DNA of 63,709 nt, the filler included, from Octopus bimaculoides (Eukaryota): assembly GCF_001194135.2 (NCBI RefSeq). It is 5 parts of 4 records of this genome, joined end to end, with 100 filler letters (N's around TTAATTAATTAA, not from the genome) between each part and the next. Parts side by side here need not be neighbours in the genome. Positions count along the whole stretch, not along the records: positions 1 to 25,044 come from NC_068995.1; positions 25,145 to 39,561 come from NC_068994.1; 3 more parts are not named here. One strand, written 5' to 3'. Positions 24,953 to 36,666 of the stretch are shown piece after piece. The first letter of the stretch is position 1; every line of letters begins with the position of its first letter. Both the position numbers and the translations under genes were made by a program. Below the pieces are notes generated by a model, which saw nothing but the letters and a program-made list of their open reading frames with translations, did no database searches and was not told the origin of the DNA.

Positions 24953-25044
24953 CTGGAAAGCCTTGTTGAGTTTCTTCTCATTATTCGGTGACGTAGTCCA
25001 GATGGACTTGCTGAATGAGGTGTCCAAGTTGCGCTGGTTGTTGC
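24953..25044 (-). CDS. 3' part of a coding exon (NNQRNLDTSFSKSIWTTSPNNEKKLNKAFQ), 5' part cut by the linker gap
   Basis: 30 open codons with C/G-ending codon bias and a donor CAG|GTGGGG. Read-through hits TAA after 7 codons. Phase 0 joins to EIEPF at 20865. Confidence 0.8.
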
Positions 25045-25144
25045 NNNNNNNNNNNNNNNNNNNNNNNNNNNNNNNNNNNNNNNNNNNNTTAATTAATTAA
25101 NNNNNNNNNNNNNNNNNNNNNNNNNNNNNNNNNNNNNNNNNNNN
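25045..25144. other. Artificial scaffold linker (44N-TTAATTAATTAA-44N)
   Basis: Exactly 100 nt. TTAATTAATTAA gives a stop in all six frames. The same linker occurs four times. Confidence 0.95.
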
Positions 25145-25250
25145 CTCACTTGGCCTTTCATCCTTTTGGGGTCGATAAATTAAGTACCAGTGAAACACTG
25201 GGGGTCAATGTAATCGACTAGTTTCAGGTCTTGTACCTTTAGTAGAAAAG

Positions 25251-25301
<51 letters not shown>

Positions 25302-25502
25302 GTTATTGTTATTATTATTATTATCATTATTATTATTATTCAGAGTGGTTACTTAACTCTCGAAGTGGTTGGCATTAGGAAGGGCATCCAGCTGTAGAAA
25401 CTCTGCCAGATCAGATTGGAGCCTGGTGCTGCCATCTGGTTCGCCAGTTCTCAGTCAAATCGTCTAACCCATGCTAGCATGGAAAGCGGACGTTAAACAG
25501 TG

Positions 25503-25562
<60 letters not shown>

Positions 25563-25991
25563 GAGCCAGCAAGGTGGCAGATTTGTTAGCATACCGGGCA
25601 AAGAGCTTAGAGGCATTTCATCCATATTTATGTTTATGGGTTCAAATTCAGCCAAGGTTGAGTTTGTCTTTCATCTTTTAAGAGTCAATAAAATAAGTAC
25701 CAGTTGATTACTAGAGTTAATGTACTTGACTTACCCGTCCCCCAAAATTTCAGGCCATGTGTCAAAATTTGAAATCATTGTCATTGTTTTTATTATTATC
25801 ATTAACGTAATTATTTAACGCTGCAAGGTGGCAGAATTGTTAACACACTGGGTGAAATGCTTAGCGGTATTTCGTCTGCTGCTACATTTTGAGTTCAAAT
25901 TCTGCCAAGGTAAACTTTGCCTTTCATCCTTTCAGGGTCAATAATTTAAGTACCAGTGAAAATTTCAGACCTTGTGCCTGTAGTAGAAAGG

Positions 25992-26000
<9 letters not shown>
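25145..26000 (+). mobile_element. Chain of SINE B (x3) and SINE C (25345-25500) copies separated by (ATT)n tails
   Basis: B cores at about 25150, 25655 and 25905. C tail ccatgctagcatggaaagcggacgttaaac at 25469-25498. Confidence 0.88.
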
Positions 26001-26050
<50 letters not shown>

Positions 26051-26122
26051 CATTATTTTTATTTATCACATTTTGCATGTTTTTTTTAAAAATAAATTTA
26101 TTGTTTCCGTTCTCTATTTCAG

Positions 26123-26200
26123 GGACCAGTGGAATGGGAGCATCGATGGGCACAGGATATGACAGTTACAGTGCAGGAATTTCAGCTGCGTACTCTCGAA
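26123..26200 (+). CDS. Candidate 78-nt internal exon (phase 1-1 reading GTSGMGASMGTGYDSYSAGISAAYSR)
   Basis: Acceptor gtttccgttctctatttcAG and donor GAA|GTAAGA. Length is divisible by 3 and GC is above the flanks. The phase-0 frame is also open. Confidence 0.7.
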
Positions 26201-26879
26201 GTAAGATGACCTTCTCTTTCTGCTTTGCACCTGTTCCCTCTCTCTCCCTCTCTATCTCTCTCTTTCTGTTTCTCTCTCTCTCTCTCTCCGTACTAAAGAT
26301 GCCAATGTACAGCAATGTAATAAAGCATACTATTGCAACAAGCTAACCCAATGTATTTCCTTGACATGCAATACTAAATTCAGATTTGTTGAGGAACCAA
26401 AATGAGTGTTGTCTGTTCTGCAATGTAGAGCTATTGTCATTTATCTGCTGAATGTCTATAGAAGCTGGAATAATTTTCTCTGCTTCTCCTGTCCTAACAA
26501 CAATATATATGACTAAGTCAAGCTGAGTAAGAAGTAAGCTGGAATGGTTAATTATTTCACATCTTGTCGATGGCACTTCTCTAACCCTTCATAGCCCAAT
26601 TCACAGATTACTATATTTCACTGCATTGTGTCCATAGCCAAGTCACTTAACTTTCAGATCCAGTCCACCTGGTTGTAACATAAATACTGCAAGACAGATG
26701 ATATCATGCACTGTGACCATGGCCCTGTGTCACTTGACCATCAAAAGCCCAGTCCACTTGGTTGAACGGAATGGTGTATTTCATTCCAATAGATAGTACC
26801 AATACTGTAAAATCACTGTTAAACTGATAATGGGAATCTAGATATTCTGAGAATGAGAGTCAAGCATCCATAGACACAG

Positions 26880-27250
26880 TATAGTGTCAGTAGCAATGGA
26901 AGGAACTCTTGCCATCAGCAGTGTCTTAAAAATAACAAATCATATACATATTTGCAGATCCATTAAAAACAAACCTCCACCAACTATTCTGCCTATATAT
27001 CTGTGCACACCTTTCAATGCTGTGTATGCCATTAGGTCTGCAAATCTAACGGAGGCCCCAAAAGACATTTTAAAACCCACAAAGATCAGAACTTAACTGC
27101 AGCTCTTGGTGGTCCAAATCAGATATGCAATCTATGTGGGAGTCTTTTCAGTACATTGTCTGGTTTAAAACACCACATCAGATGCCATGATGGCTCTAAG
27201 GTGTAGGTACAAGAGATGGTCAGACTCTGCATTAAGGAGTTGACCAGTGA
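26880..27250 (+). mobile_element. Decayed RTE-like LINE 3' end with two C2H2 fingers
   Basis: Reads CCVCH*VCKSNGGPKRHFKTH ... ICNLCGSLFSTLSGLKHHIRCH, stop at 27204-27206. The first finger has an in-frame stop. There are no TGEKP linkers or splice sites. Confidence 0.65.
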
Positions 27251-27545
27251 AACTTGAAGCAGATAAAGCCATAATTAATAGCTTGTAAAATATTGGGCTG
27301 AAACCCCTTGGGATAGGAAAAGTCAGAGGCTGCCTGAAGGGCCAGAACCCACATCTGTTATTAACATGACAGACGTTCTACCATTGGACCAAAACAATCT
27401 TTCAAATTGCTTTGTCCATTTTAGGAACTTCATGATTTTACTAACAAGAATTGTATGTTGTTGGCATCATAAGAATTTCTAAACTTTGAGAGAATGCCAA
27501 ATAATTCTTCTTGTTTGGAGGTGAAACCCAAAGCAGATAAAGGAT

Positions 27546-27578
<33 letters not shown>

Positions 27579-28639
27579 CATTTTAAGCTGAGGTTTCCTT
27601 TTTGTGCCAACTTCTACATACATACCTACATACCTACATGCATATATATATTTATGCTTTTATTGTATATATTTAAGATATTTAAAGTAGTGGAAATATT
27701 TAAAACACTGGAATACAAAATTAAGGGCTTCCACATGTCTTTCCTCTTTTTTCTAAATTCCAATCTCAAGATTTTACTTCACCTAGCAATAAAAGGGTGA
27801 CATAAAAATTATGTTTTGAAAAATAATAATAATAATAATAATAATAATAGTTCTTTTTTTTAAACTAAATTCTGTGCAATATTAAGTCTCTCCAATATTT
27901 ATTCTCAATCCTCATCATCATCATCATCACCATCACACTTCTGCTTTTCCGTCCATGATGGCATGGCTGGAAGGGATGTCATAGTCTATGTCATCTTGCA
28001 AAGCAGCATCAGGGAAAGCCAGCCTACTTTAGGGTTGTGAGCACCTTACAGTGCAGACTAGCTGCATTTTCTCTTGCCTCCAAACATTGGAGTGGTTGCC
28101 CCATGTAAGGAGGACTAAAAGTGTCCCATCTGCCTTGCATTATTTCTTATTCAGAGTTACTGCCCTTCCCAACGAGTAACCAGCAATCTGGATTTAGGAG
28201 TCCACGTCTCATATATGCATTTCATTTTAACATGCTTTCTGCCCTTTGTTGCACCTATCATGCATATTGGGTGCTGATTGTAGAGTTTACATCTTTGCAT
28301 GAGTTATTAAGTGAATGGCATGTCTCAGCTTTGTCTACCCTATAGCGTTTCTGTTCCTTCTTTAAAACAATGCATCGCATTACAACACCAGTACTAAAGG
28401 GGGTTGTCCCCTAAAAGACCAGAGCCTCTCCTTCCAACCTATACTGTCTTTAATCCTTCTTCCCTCTTTGATATACGGTTTCGCCAGCTGGAAGCTATAC
28501 AGTAACTAAGTGCTGACATGTAGACTAAAGTTTGTAGGACCCAAACTATCAAGACTTGTAATAGAGGAGAAGCAAGTGGGAACCCCAACAAAGGACTTGA
28601 CATTAAAATAGACTGGAAACAAATAACAATGACAACTAT

Positions 28640-28816
28640 TTCTAAGGTAGGCCTGAGATTTCAGGTGAGAGGTTGGCCAGTTATATCAACCCCAGTACTT
28701 GACTGGTACTTTATCTTGTCAGGGTTGACAGGATTTGAACTCAGCATATAAAGAGCCAGAACAAATACCACGAGGCATTTTTCCCAATGCTCTAATGATT
28801 CTTCCAACTCACTGCC

Positions 28817-28850
<34 letters not shown>

Positions 28851-29076
28851 TGATGATGATGATTCTTTCTATTATAGGCACAAGGCCTGAAAATTGCGGG
28901 GAGAGGGGTAAGTCGATTACATCGACCCCAGTGCGTAACTGGTACTTTTTCAATCAACTCCGAAAGGATGAAAGGCAAAGTTGACCTTGACGGAATTTGA
29001 ACTCAGAATGTAGCAGCAGATGAAATACCACTAAGTATTTCGCCCAGCATGCTAACGATGCTACCAGCTTGCCGCC

Positions 29077-29123
<47 letters not shown>

Positions 29124-29480
29124 CCTTTCTACTAAAGGTACAAGACCTGAAATTTGTGGGGAGGGGACTAGTCAATTACATCGACCCCCAGTGCTCAACT
29201 GGTACTTATTTTATTGACCTCGTAAACCTGAAAGGTAAAGTCGACCTCGGCAGAATTTGAACTCAGAATGTAAAGACAGATGAAATGCTGCTAAGCATTT
29301 TTGCCCAGCATGCTTAATGATTCTTCCAGCTCACTGCCTTAATAATAATAACAATAATAATCCTATCTCCTATAGGCACAAAGCCTGAAATTTTGGAGGA
29401 GGGAGCTAGTCACTTGGGTCAACCCCAGTACTTCACTGGTATTTATTTTATCAACCCCAAAAAGAACAAAAGCCAAAGTA
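28640..29480 (-). mobile_element. Head-to-tail cluster of 4 SINE family B copies (-)
   Basis: gcctt-(AAT)n-cctttctact-type junctions at about 28815-28870, 29075-29130 and 29337-29368. Confidence 0.9.
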
Positions 29481-29844
29481 ACCTCGACATACATACCTTG
29501 TCATTGGCATACATTCATTCTTTATCTCCTTTATTTTGATCCTTAAAATGTTTATTTTTAAATGTCCGGTTGCCAAGAAGTAATACAATATTGATGTTGT
29601 ATCTCTACTTCTGTTTTTCTGAGTTTAGAGTTCAGATCCTACCCTAAGGCAAATTTGTTTTTCATCTTTCATCAGCTTCTTGTCGAGGTTCTGGTGGGAT
29701 TCACAAGTTTGTAAGGAAGAATATTTTAACCTGAAGTGGGTGGCATAGCATATGGGAGCAGTCATTGGAACATGAATGGGTCACTTTCATATAATCTTTC
29801 AAATTATCAATATCAACATTTGTATGAAGTGGAGGTACATGGCA

Positions 29845-30140
29845 CTGGGGTCGATGTAATTGACTTAATCCCTTTGTCTGTTCTCTTGTTTGTCCCCTTT
29901 TTGTTTAGCCCTTTGTGGGCAATACAGAAATAAGAAACGTTAGCATGCCAGGCGAAATACTTAGCAGTATTTCATTTGTCTTTATGTTCTGAGTTCAAAT
30001 CTTGCCGAGGTTGACTTTGCCTTTCATCCTTTCAGGGTCGATAAATCAAATACCAGTTGCATACTGGAGTTGATCTAATCGACTCCCCCCCCCCCCAAAA
30101 AAAAAATTGGGGGCCTTGTGCCTAGAGTAGAAAAGAATAT
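29845..30140 (+). mobile_element. Dimeric SINE B (5'-truncated): tail-2 monomer fused to an A-box-less monomer with tail 1
   Basis: ...gtgggcaatacagaaataagaa|acgttagcatgccaggcg...ggccttgtgcctagagtagaaaagaatatt. Confidence 0.8.
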
Positions 30141-31379
30141 TCCTTACCTCATAGATTTCTAAACCTCTCTACTCCTACCTTAAACCTCAAGGCTAATGTG
30201 AACCCTATTGCAGAGTGGTCGGCTTAGCAGAGAAAGAGACACTGTTTTCATCTAATTTTTTAATTGCCTGTGTCCTTACTTGTAAAAATAAACCTAATTT
30301 ATTAGTTCCAGAGTCCTTTTTTTTTTAGGCAAACTGACCGATTTGGCATGAACAACAGATGTAGCGTTAAATATTAATTACCCTCTACACATTCNNNNNN
30401 NNNNNNNNNNNNNNNNNNNNNNNNNNNNNNNNNNNNNNNNNNNNNNNNNNNNNNNNNNNNNNNNNNNNNNNNNNNNNNNNNNNNNNNNNNNNNNNNNNNN
30501 NNNNNNNNNNNNNNNNNNNNNNNNNNNNNNNNNNNNNNNNNNNNNNNNNNNNNNNNNNNNNNNNNNNNNNNNNNNNNNNNNNNNNNNNNNNNNNNNNNNN
30601 NNNNNNNNNNNNNNNNNNNNNNNNNNNNNNNNNNNNNNNNNNNNNNNNNNNNNNNNNNNNNNNNNNNNNNNNNNNNNNNNNNNNNNNNNNNNNNNNNNNN
30701 NNNNNNNNNNNNNNNNNNNNNNNNNNNNNNNNNNNNNNNNNNNNNNNNNNNNNNNNNNNNNNNNNNNNNNNNNNNNNNNNNNNNNNNNNNNNNNNNNNNN
30801 NNNNNNNNNNNNNNNNNNNNNNNNNNNNNNNNNNNNNNNNNNNNNNNNNNNNNNNNNNNNNNNNNNNNNNNNNNNNNNNNNNNNNNNNNNNNTCTCTCTC
30901 TCTCTCTCTCTCTCTCTTACACTATTATACTTTCTATTGTTGCTTCAATGTAGCACTTTTTAAATTTTGGCCACTGCTGCCACATATTTCATCTTGTTGT
31001 TTACTTCTTTGTTTGTTTTTTGTTAATTTCTTTTTATTTTCTTTCGATTTTTTTTTTTTTTTTGCCTTTTAACTGTTGCCATGCATCATCATCATCATCA
31101 TCATCATCGTTGTTGTATCACTTCTCCCTTTTGCCTTTTTTCTCTCTTTCTCTCTCTCTCTCATTCTGCCCCTTGTGTGCTTTATGTTGTGCTTGTAATC
31201 ATTCAGTCATTACTCCATTTGTTTAGTGGGGTGGGCAGGCAGGCGGATGGGGTATCTCCTATTCTTTTGCATCACCACAAAATTATTGCAAGTGTTGTAA
31301 CTGAAGTGAAGTGAGAATTACATTCTCACGACCACCACCACCGCCATCACTTGTTTTTGCCTTAGATGTTGTCTCTCGT

Positions 31380-31417
<38 letters not shown>

Positions 31418-31899
31418 CATCAGCAAATATTCTTGATGTATATACATTCTATTTTCATCCATCGCCATACAGACTCATTCACCCATCAACCATCACAACC
31501 ACATAATCATCATCATCATCATTAACATCAACATCATCACCATCATATAACCTCACTTCCCACACCACCCTGCTCCAGTCTTCTCCCCATTTTTCATATC
31601 TTTCCAGAATGTTCTAATTTTCTTTCCTATGATTTTTGTGTGTGTGTGTGTGTGTGCATATTTTTTTTTTATGAAATGCTATTGAGAAGCATATACGATT
31701 GATCCACCAGTTCATTCCCTTTCACTCACTCATCGTCACACACTGTCTCCATCTCACCTTCCTCTTTATAATCCCACGCCTTCTCTCTCTCGGTCTCTGG
31801 CATTCTTGTGTCTGTAAGGAATATTTTCTATTCATTAGCTTAGAGTAGGTTTACGATTGGAGTAAGACAGAGGTAAAGAAGTGTACAGATACACCACCC

Positions 31900-31990
31900 T
31901 TACAAAGGAGCCAATGAAGACTCCTCTATGCATTCAACTGACCTGCTAGAAATAACAGTCAAATCTCCCTCAAATTACACTTTATATCTT
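31900..31990 (-). repeat. Fragment of an unclassified dispersed repeat (minus-strand gagggagatttgactgttatttctagcagg)
   Basis: Related motifs occur at about 11540-11570, 17065-17100 and 34285-34320. Confidence 0.5.
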
Positions 31991-31996
31991 GCCCAG

Positions 31997-32323
31997 CGTC
32001 GCCTTTCTGGCACTTGTGCCCGTGGCATGTGTAAGGACTTTCGAGTGAGATCGTTGCCAGTGCCCCTGGACTGGCTCTTGTGCGAGTGGCACATAAAATA
32101 CACCATTTTGAGCGTGGCCGTTGCCAGTACCGCTTGACTGGCCTTCGTGCCGGTGGCACGTAAAAGCACCCACTACACTCTCGGAGTGGTTGGAGTTAGG
32201 AAGGGCATCCAGCTGTAGAAACTCTGCCAAATCAGATTGGAGCCTGGTGTAGCCATCTGGTTTCACCAGTCCTCAGTCAAATCATCCAACCCATGCTAGC
32301 ATGGAAAGCGGACGTTAAACGAT
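31997..32323 (+). mobile_element. SINE family C, well-preserved copy
   Basis: Two ~65-bp internal units (..gttgccagt..gactggc..gtggcac(a/g)taaaa), core ggttggagttaggaagggcatccagctgtagaaact, and a 3' perfect palindrome CCATGCTAGCATGG followed by ggacgttaaacgat. Confidence 0.88.
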
Positions 32324-32644
32324 GGAAACCATGTAGTTGGCAAGCAAGTTTCTTAACGCACATACTTACTCCTCAGTAAGGAGTCTAGCAAAAGTGGAAT
32401 ACCAGAATGGTAAAGTAAGGTTATTGGACTGCCTGTTCATGGTTTGCAGATTGAAATTATGCTACATGCACTCTGTTGTTATTGTTTCTCTGAGCACAAC
32501 AGAGAGAAGAGTCATACAAAAAAAGCAAGGGTATTCCATTTGTTTACAGGGTGGGTAGGTAGAAGAAAGATTTCAAAGAATAGTAAAAAAAAATAAATGC
32601 AGTTTGGATAGGTAGAAGAATTTCTAGAAATAGTTAACTCCAAA

Positions 32645-32830
32645 GAATATTCTTTTCTACTCTAGGCACAAGGCCTGAAATTTTGTGGGAGGGGGCCAGT
32701 TGATTAGATTGACCTCAGTATGCAACTGGTACTTAATTTATTGACCCCGAAAGGATGAAAGGCAAAGATGACCTCGGTGGAATTTGAACTCAGAATGGCA
32801 TGCTAACGTCTCGGCCAGCTTGCCACCTTA
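32645..32830 (-). mobile_element. SINE family B copy
   Basis: aatattcttttctactctaggcacaaggcc...ggaatttgaactcagaat..gccagcttgccacctta. Confidence 0.85.
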
Positions 32831-32974
32831 ACTCCAAAGAATATTACATTGTCTTGTGTCTGTAGCATGGAGGTGGGGAACAGGGAATGATTAACACCAC
32901 CTCCCTTTAGCTGTTACCATGGCAATATAGACGCACTGTAGCTGGATGGCATTGTTATGGTACCACTATCAGTC

Positions 32975-33360
32975 TACATCATCATCATCATTTAACGTCC
33001 GCCTTCCATGCTGGCATGGGTTAGACGGTTCAACAGGAGCTGGCCAGGTAGAAGTCTACACCCGGTTTTTACAGCTGGTTGCCCTTCTTAACACCAGCCA
33101 ACCCGCAGAGTGGACTGAGTGCTTTTTATATGGCACCAGCACAGGTGAGGTCAGTTTTGGCAAGGTTTTTACAGCTGGATGCCCTTCTTAACACCAGCCA
33201 CCCCACAAAGTGGACTGAGTGCTTTTTATATGGCACCAGCACAGGTGAGGTCAGTTTTGGCAAGGTTTTTACAGCTGGATGCCCTTCCAAACGCCAACCA
33301 CTTTACAGTGTGGACTGAATATGTTTTTGATGTAGCACTAGCACCTGCAGGGTCACCAAG
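32975..33360 (-). mobile_element. SINE family C copy with an internal 100-bp unit present about 2.6 times
   Basis: ttttacagctgg starts at 33066, 33166 and 33266. Confidence 0.9.
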
Positions 33361-33424
33361 TAAGTTACAAGACCAGGAATTTTGAAAGGGGACGGGGTGT
33401 TGGAGGAGGTGATCTTGTGACAGG

Positions 33425-34100
33425 TATAAATATCAATTTCAAATTTTGATACAAGGCCAGCAATTTTGAGGTGGGACTAAAATGGTTACATCAACCCTGG
33501 TGCTCACCTGCTTGTTATTTTTATCTACCCCAAAAGGATGAAAGGCAAAGCTGACCTCAGCAAAATTTGAACTCCGAACATAAAGATGGACGAAATGCTG
33601 CTAAACGTTTTGCCTGGCATGCTCATAGATGTGCCAGCTCACCACCTTTTGCATGTACAAATATTCTTTTCTACTCTCTAGGCACAAGGCCCAAAATTTT
33701 TGGGGAGGGGATGGGGCAGTTGATTAGATAGACCCCAGTATGCAACCGGTACTTAATTTATCAACTCCGAAAGGATGAAGGGCAAAGTCAATCTTGGCAG
33801 AATTTGAACTCAGAACTTAAAAACAGATGAAATACCACTAAGTATTTTGCTCAGTGTGCTGATTCTTATTTCTTTATTGTCCACAAGGGGCTAAACATAG
33901 AGGGGACAAACAAGGACAGGCAGAGGGATTAAGTTGATTACATCAACCCCAGTGTGTAACTGGTACTTAATTTATCGACCCTGAAAGGATGAAACGCAAA
34001 GTCGACCTTGGCAGAATTTGAACTCAGAACGTAACGGCAGACGAAATACCGCTAAGCATTTTGCCCGGTGTGCTAACGTTTCTGCCAGCTCGCCGCCTTA
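33425..34100 (-). mobile_element. SINE B monomer (33425-33650) followed by a full dimeric SINE B (33662-34100)
   Basis: Head at 34100 (minus aaggcggcgagctggcagaaacg), tail 2 at about 33865-33935, second monomer ending gagtagaaaagaatat at about 33660. Confidence 0.88.
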
Positions 34101-35006
34101 TATTGAATATGTTGATGTATTACGTGGTCAGTAAGAACTGAAGGATTAGAAGGGGTGAAAATAAAAGATAAAGAGATTACAGCCGTTGTTAGCTTTGTTC
34201 ATAGAGCCAAACTGTGATCAAAGATGTTCCAGTTGTGTGACCACCCTGTCTTCTGTTTAGGGTTTCTAAGGAGGGTGCAATTTCAAGGGAGATTTTGTTC
34301 TTATTTCTAGCTGGTTGAGAAACAACACAGACGCTCCCTCTTCGGTTCATTGTGATGGAGATAAATGTATTTTGTGAAAAGGATGGTATGGAGATATCAC
34401 AGCTGTGATTATTGAAGGCTGGGATAGATGATACCTTGGAGATTGTAAGAGTTGTGGGTGGGGTGCAGGCAATCAGTTCTATAACCCTCGAGTGTTAAAG
34501 GACCCAGTATTTCATACCTTTACAATAATAATCTTCATTCTAATTGAAACAAGTTCACCTACCATCCTTTCAGTCTGTCTTAATACTTCTGGGTCTTCCT
34601 TTGAATTAAGTTTAGTTCTCACCTATCTTCCTTCCTTTCTCTCATAACATGCATGCACACATGCACACACACAGCTTTTTCCTCTTACCGCTACTCCGTC
34701 TGTTCTTTGATTTCTCTGCCTCTCTTTCTCTTGTCTCCTTTCTTTCGTTCACCCTCTTCCCCCAATCTCTAACTTTTTTCTTTTCTTTTCAAAATGGAAT
34801 ATTCCAGACACAGGTGTTGCCATATTTCTTCACACATACCTGCTCCTCCTCTCCCCTCTCTTTTTCTGTCTCTCTCTCTCCTTCCCTCCATCACCAGCAG
34901 TGGTCACAATTTTTTGTCGTTGCCGTCGACAGAGGAGAAATAAAGCCAGCCTTTGCGCCACCACTTGTGAGTTTTGTGTTTCTGAATGCCTAGTTTTGTA
35001 TTGCAG

Positions 35007-35078
35007 GTACCACCACAAGTTGGGCTGGCAATAACACCGCCACATACACACAAACAGTTGCCCAAGATAGTCAATACT
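35007..35078 (+). CDS. Candidate 72-nt internal exon (phase 1-1 reading GTTTSWAGNNTATYTQTVAQDSQY)
   Basis: Acceptor agttttgtattgcAG and donor ACT|GTAAGT. Length is divisible by 3. The phase-0 frame (VPPQVGLAITPP...) is also open. Confidence 0.65.
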
Positions 35079-35319
35079 GTAAGTAAGTGCTCGGGCAGCT
35101 CACTCAACTTTGCATGACCCTAGACAGTCTTGTAAGGCAGGACATTGACCTCCATGCCCATCCACCCCACTGGCTATTTTGTTTTCGTTTTCTAAATGGT
35201 TTTATCCACTTTAGGGAATTTCATATCTAATATGATTTCTAAACAAAGCCACAGATACTCAACAAATAAATTTAATTGGACAACTCTGAATTAGACAAAA
35301 CAATGCGAAAGTATTTTAC

Positions 35320-35536
35320 AAGAAGATGCTGAAACATTTCTGGCTTTAAGGGCATCACGAAAGACCTGGTTGGAGACCCAACCTTCCGAGTTCTTTTATA
35401 GGGCTTAGAAAAACTGAAGGACTGCTGCAATAAGTATGTGAATCTGAGAGAGGAATATGCTAAATAAAATCATAATTAATTGATCCTCCTGTAATTATCT
35501 ATTACCCAAAACCAGGCTTTTCAGCACCCCTTCATA
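35320..35536 (+). mobile_element. Tc1/mariner transposon 3' remnant
   Basis: Frameshifted KTWLETQPSEFF / GLEKLKDCCNKYVNLREEYAK* resembles the mariner transposase C-terminus. The TIR-like ggcttttcagcaccccttca is followed by TA. Confidence 0.7.
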
Positions 35537-35817
35537 TATATAGTTGCTTGACCTGCTTAATGTTACATATGATTTCTCCCATGCTGTTATTTCCTTGAAA
35601 ACTCCTTATACTCTTCAGAATGTGGTCTAAGTAAGCCCTCGGTAGACTTTCTATCAAGTCGTTCTAGCCGCTAAATTATATTAACTATGCTTACCTTCAT
35701 TCCTCTCCTCTATGCCACTTCCACCACCTCTTTTTTCCAATATGGACCACACAAGCATGCCACTGTATCAATGAAAGCTTCTGTGTAGTTCCTAAACCTG
35801 ATTAATTTTCCTTAACG

Positions 35818-36075
35818 CAGTAGTTCTCAACTAAGGTCTATATGACCCTTGGGGATCCTATAGGATTCTGTTGTTAAAGTTTATGTGCAATAAATTGGTT
35901 ATATTTCACCAGTACACAAAATATTTTAACAATATTTTTATACAATTCCTAATATAATTTAATCATAAAAATATAATAGGATTTTTTTTTAAATATTGAA
36001 TGGCTATTAGGGGCCACTCAAGTAAAACAAGAATCAAAGGTGTCCAAAGGCAAAAAAACTCGTTGAGTACCACTG
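35818..36075. mobile_element. hAT (Charlie-like) MITE, 258 bp
   Basis: TIRs CAGTAGTTCTCAAC / GTTGAGTACCACTG (12/14 match). The 8-bp flanks ccttaacg / ctttaatt match at 5/8. Confidence 0.8.
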
Positions 36076-36447
36076 CTTTAATTCATTTCCTACAAACTTT
36101 AAAATGGCAAGCATGCCAGTCACTGAGTGAATCATCAATAAAGTCATTTGACCTACCCAATATAGCAGTCAAATCTTCCTCAATAATTTTCTAGGGACCA
36201 CATGAGTCAGTAAAGCATTACCAAGGTTGACTTAATCAATATTATCATTAAAGGTATGCTGTTTACAAGCTTTAAAACTAGAGGCATTCTGGCTCTTAAC
36301 TACTAAATTTGAAGACACCACATTCATAATGAAGACAATATGGCTATATTTGGACCATTGGTTGGGCCATTAAGTACAAGCCTATCATATCTGCATACCT
36401 ACATATACAGGAACTATGGGTTGGTCCTAAGCAAAGTTCCTGTTTAA

Positions 36448-36666
36448 CCCTTTAGCATTTAAACTGGCCATATTAGGTCCAAATATTCTATCTGTTTTAT
36501 GTTCAAACCAGTCAGAGCCAGCCTTTCATATCTACTCTACAATGTCATCCTGAAAATAAACAATCACGTCATTGAAATTTCAAAGCTACAAGATAATTAT
36601 GCATGATTAATTCAAAACAATGAGAATAGGCATTACATTTGATTAAGTAATCTCTATGCTAAAAGG
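36448..36666 (+). mobile_element. piggyBac-like MITE, 219 bp
   Basis: TTAA|CCCTTTAGCAT ... ATGCTAAAAGG|TTCA. Homologous pieces at 3791-3838 and 12380-13047. Confidence 0.85.

Noticed and set aside
31228-31297. Plus-strand exon reading WGGQAGGWGISYSFASPQNYC
   Set aside because: The donor is weak and the phase does not match the neighbouring candidate exons. It cannot be supported without RNA data.
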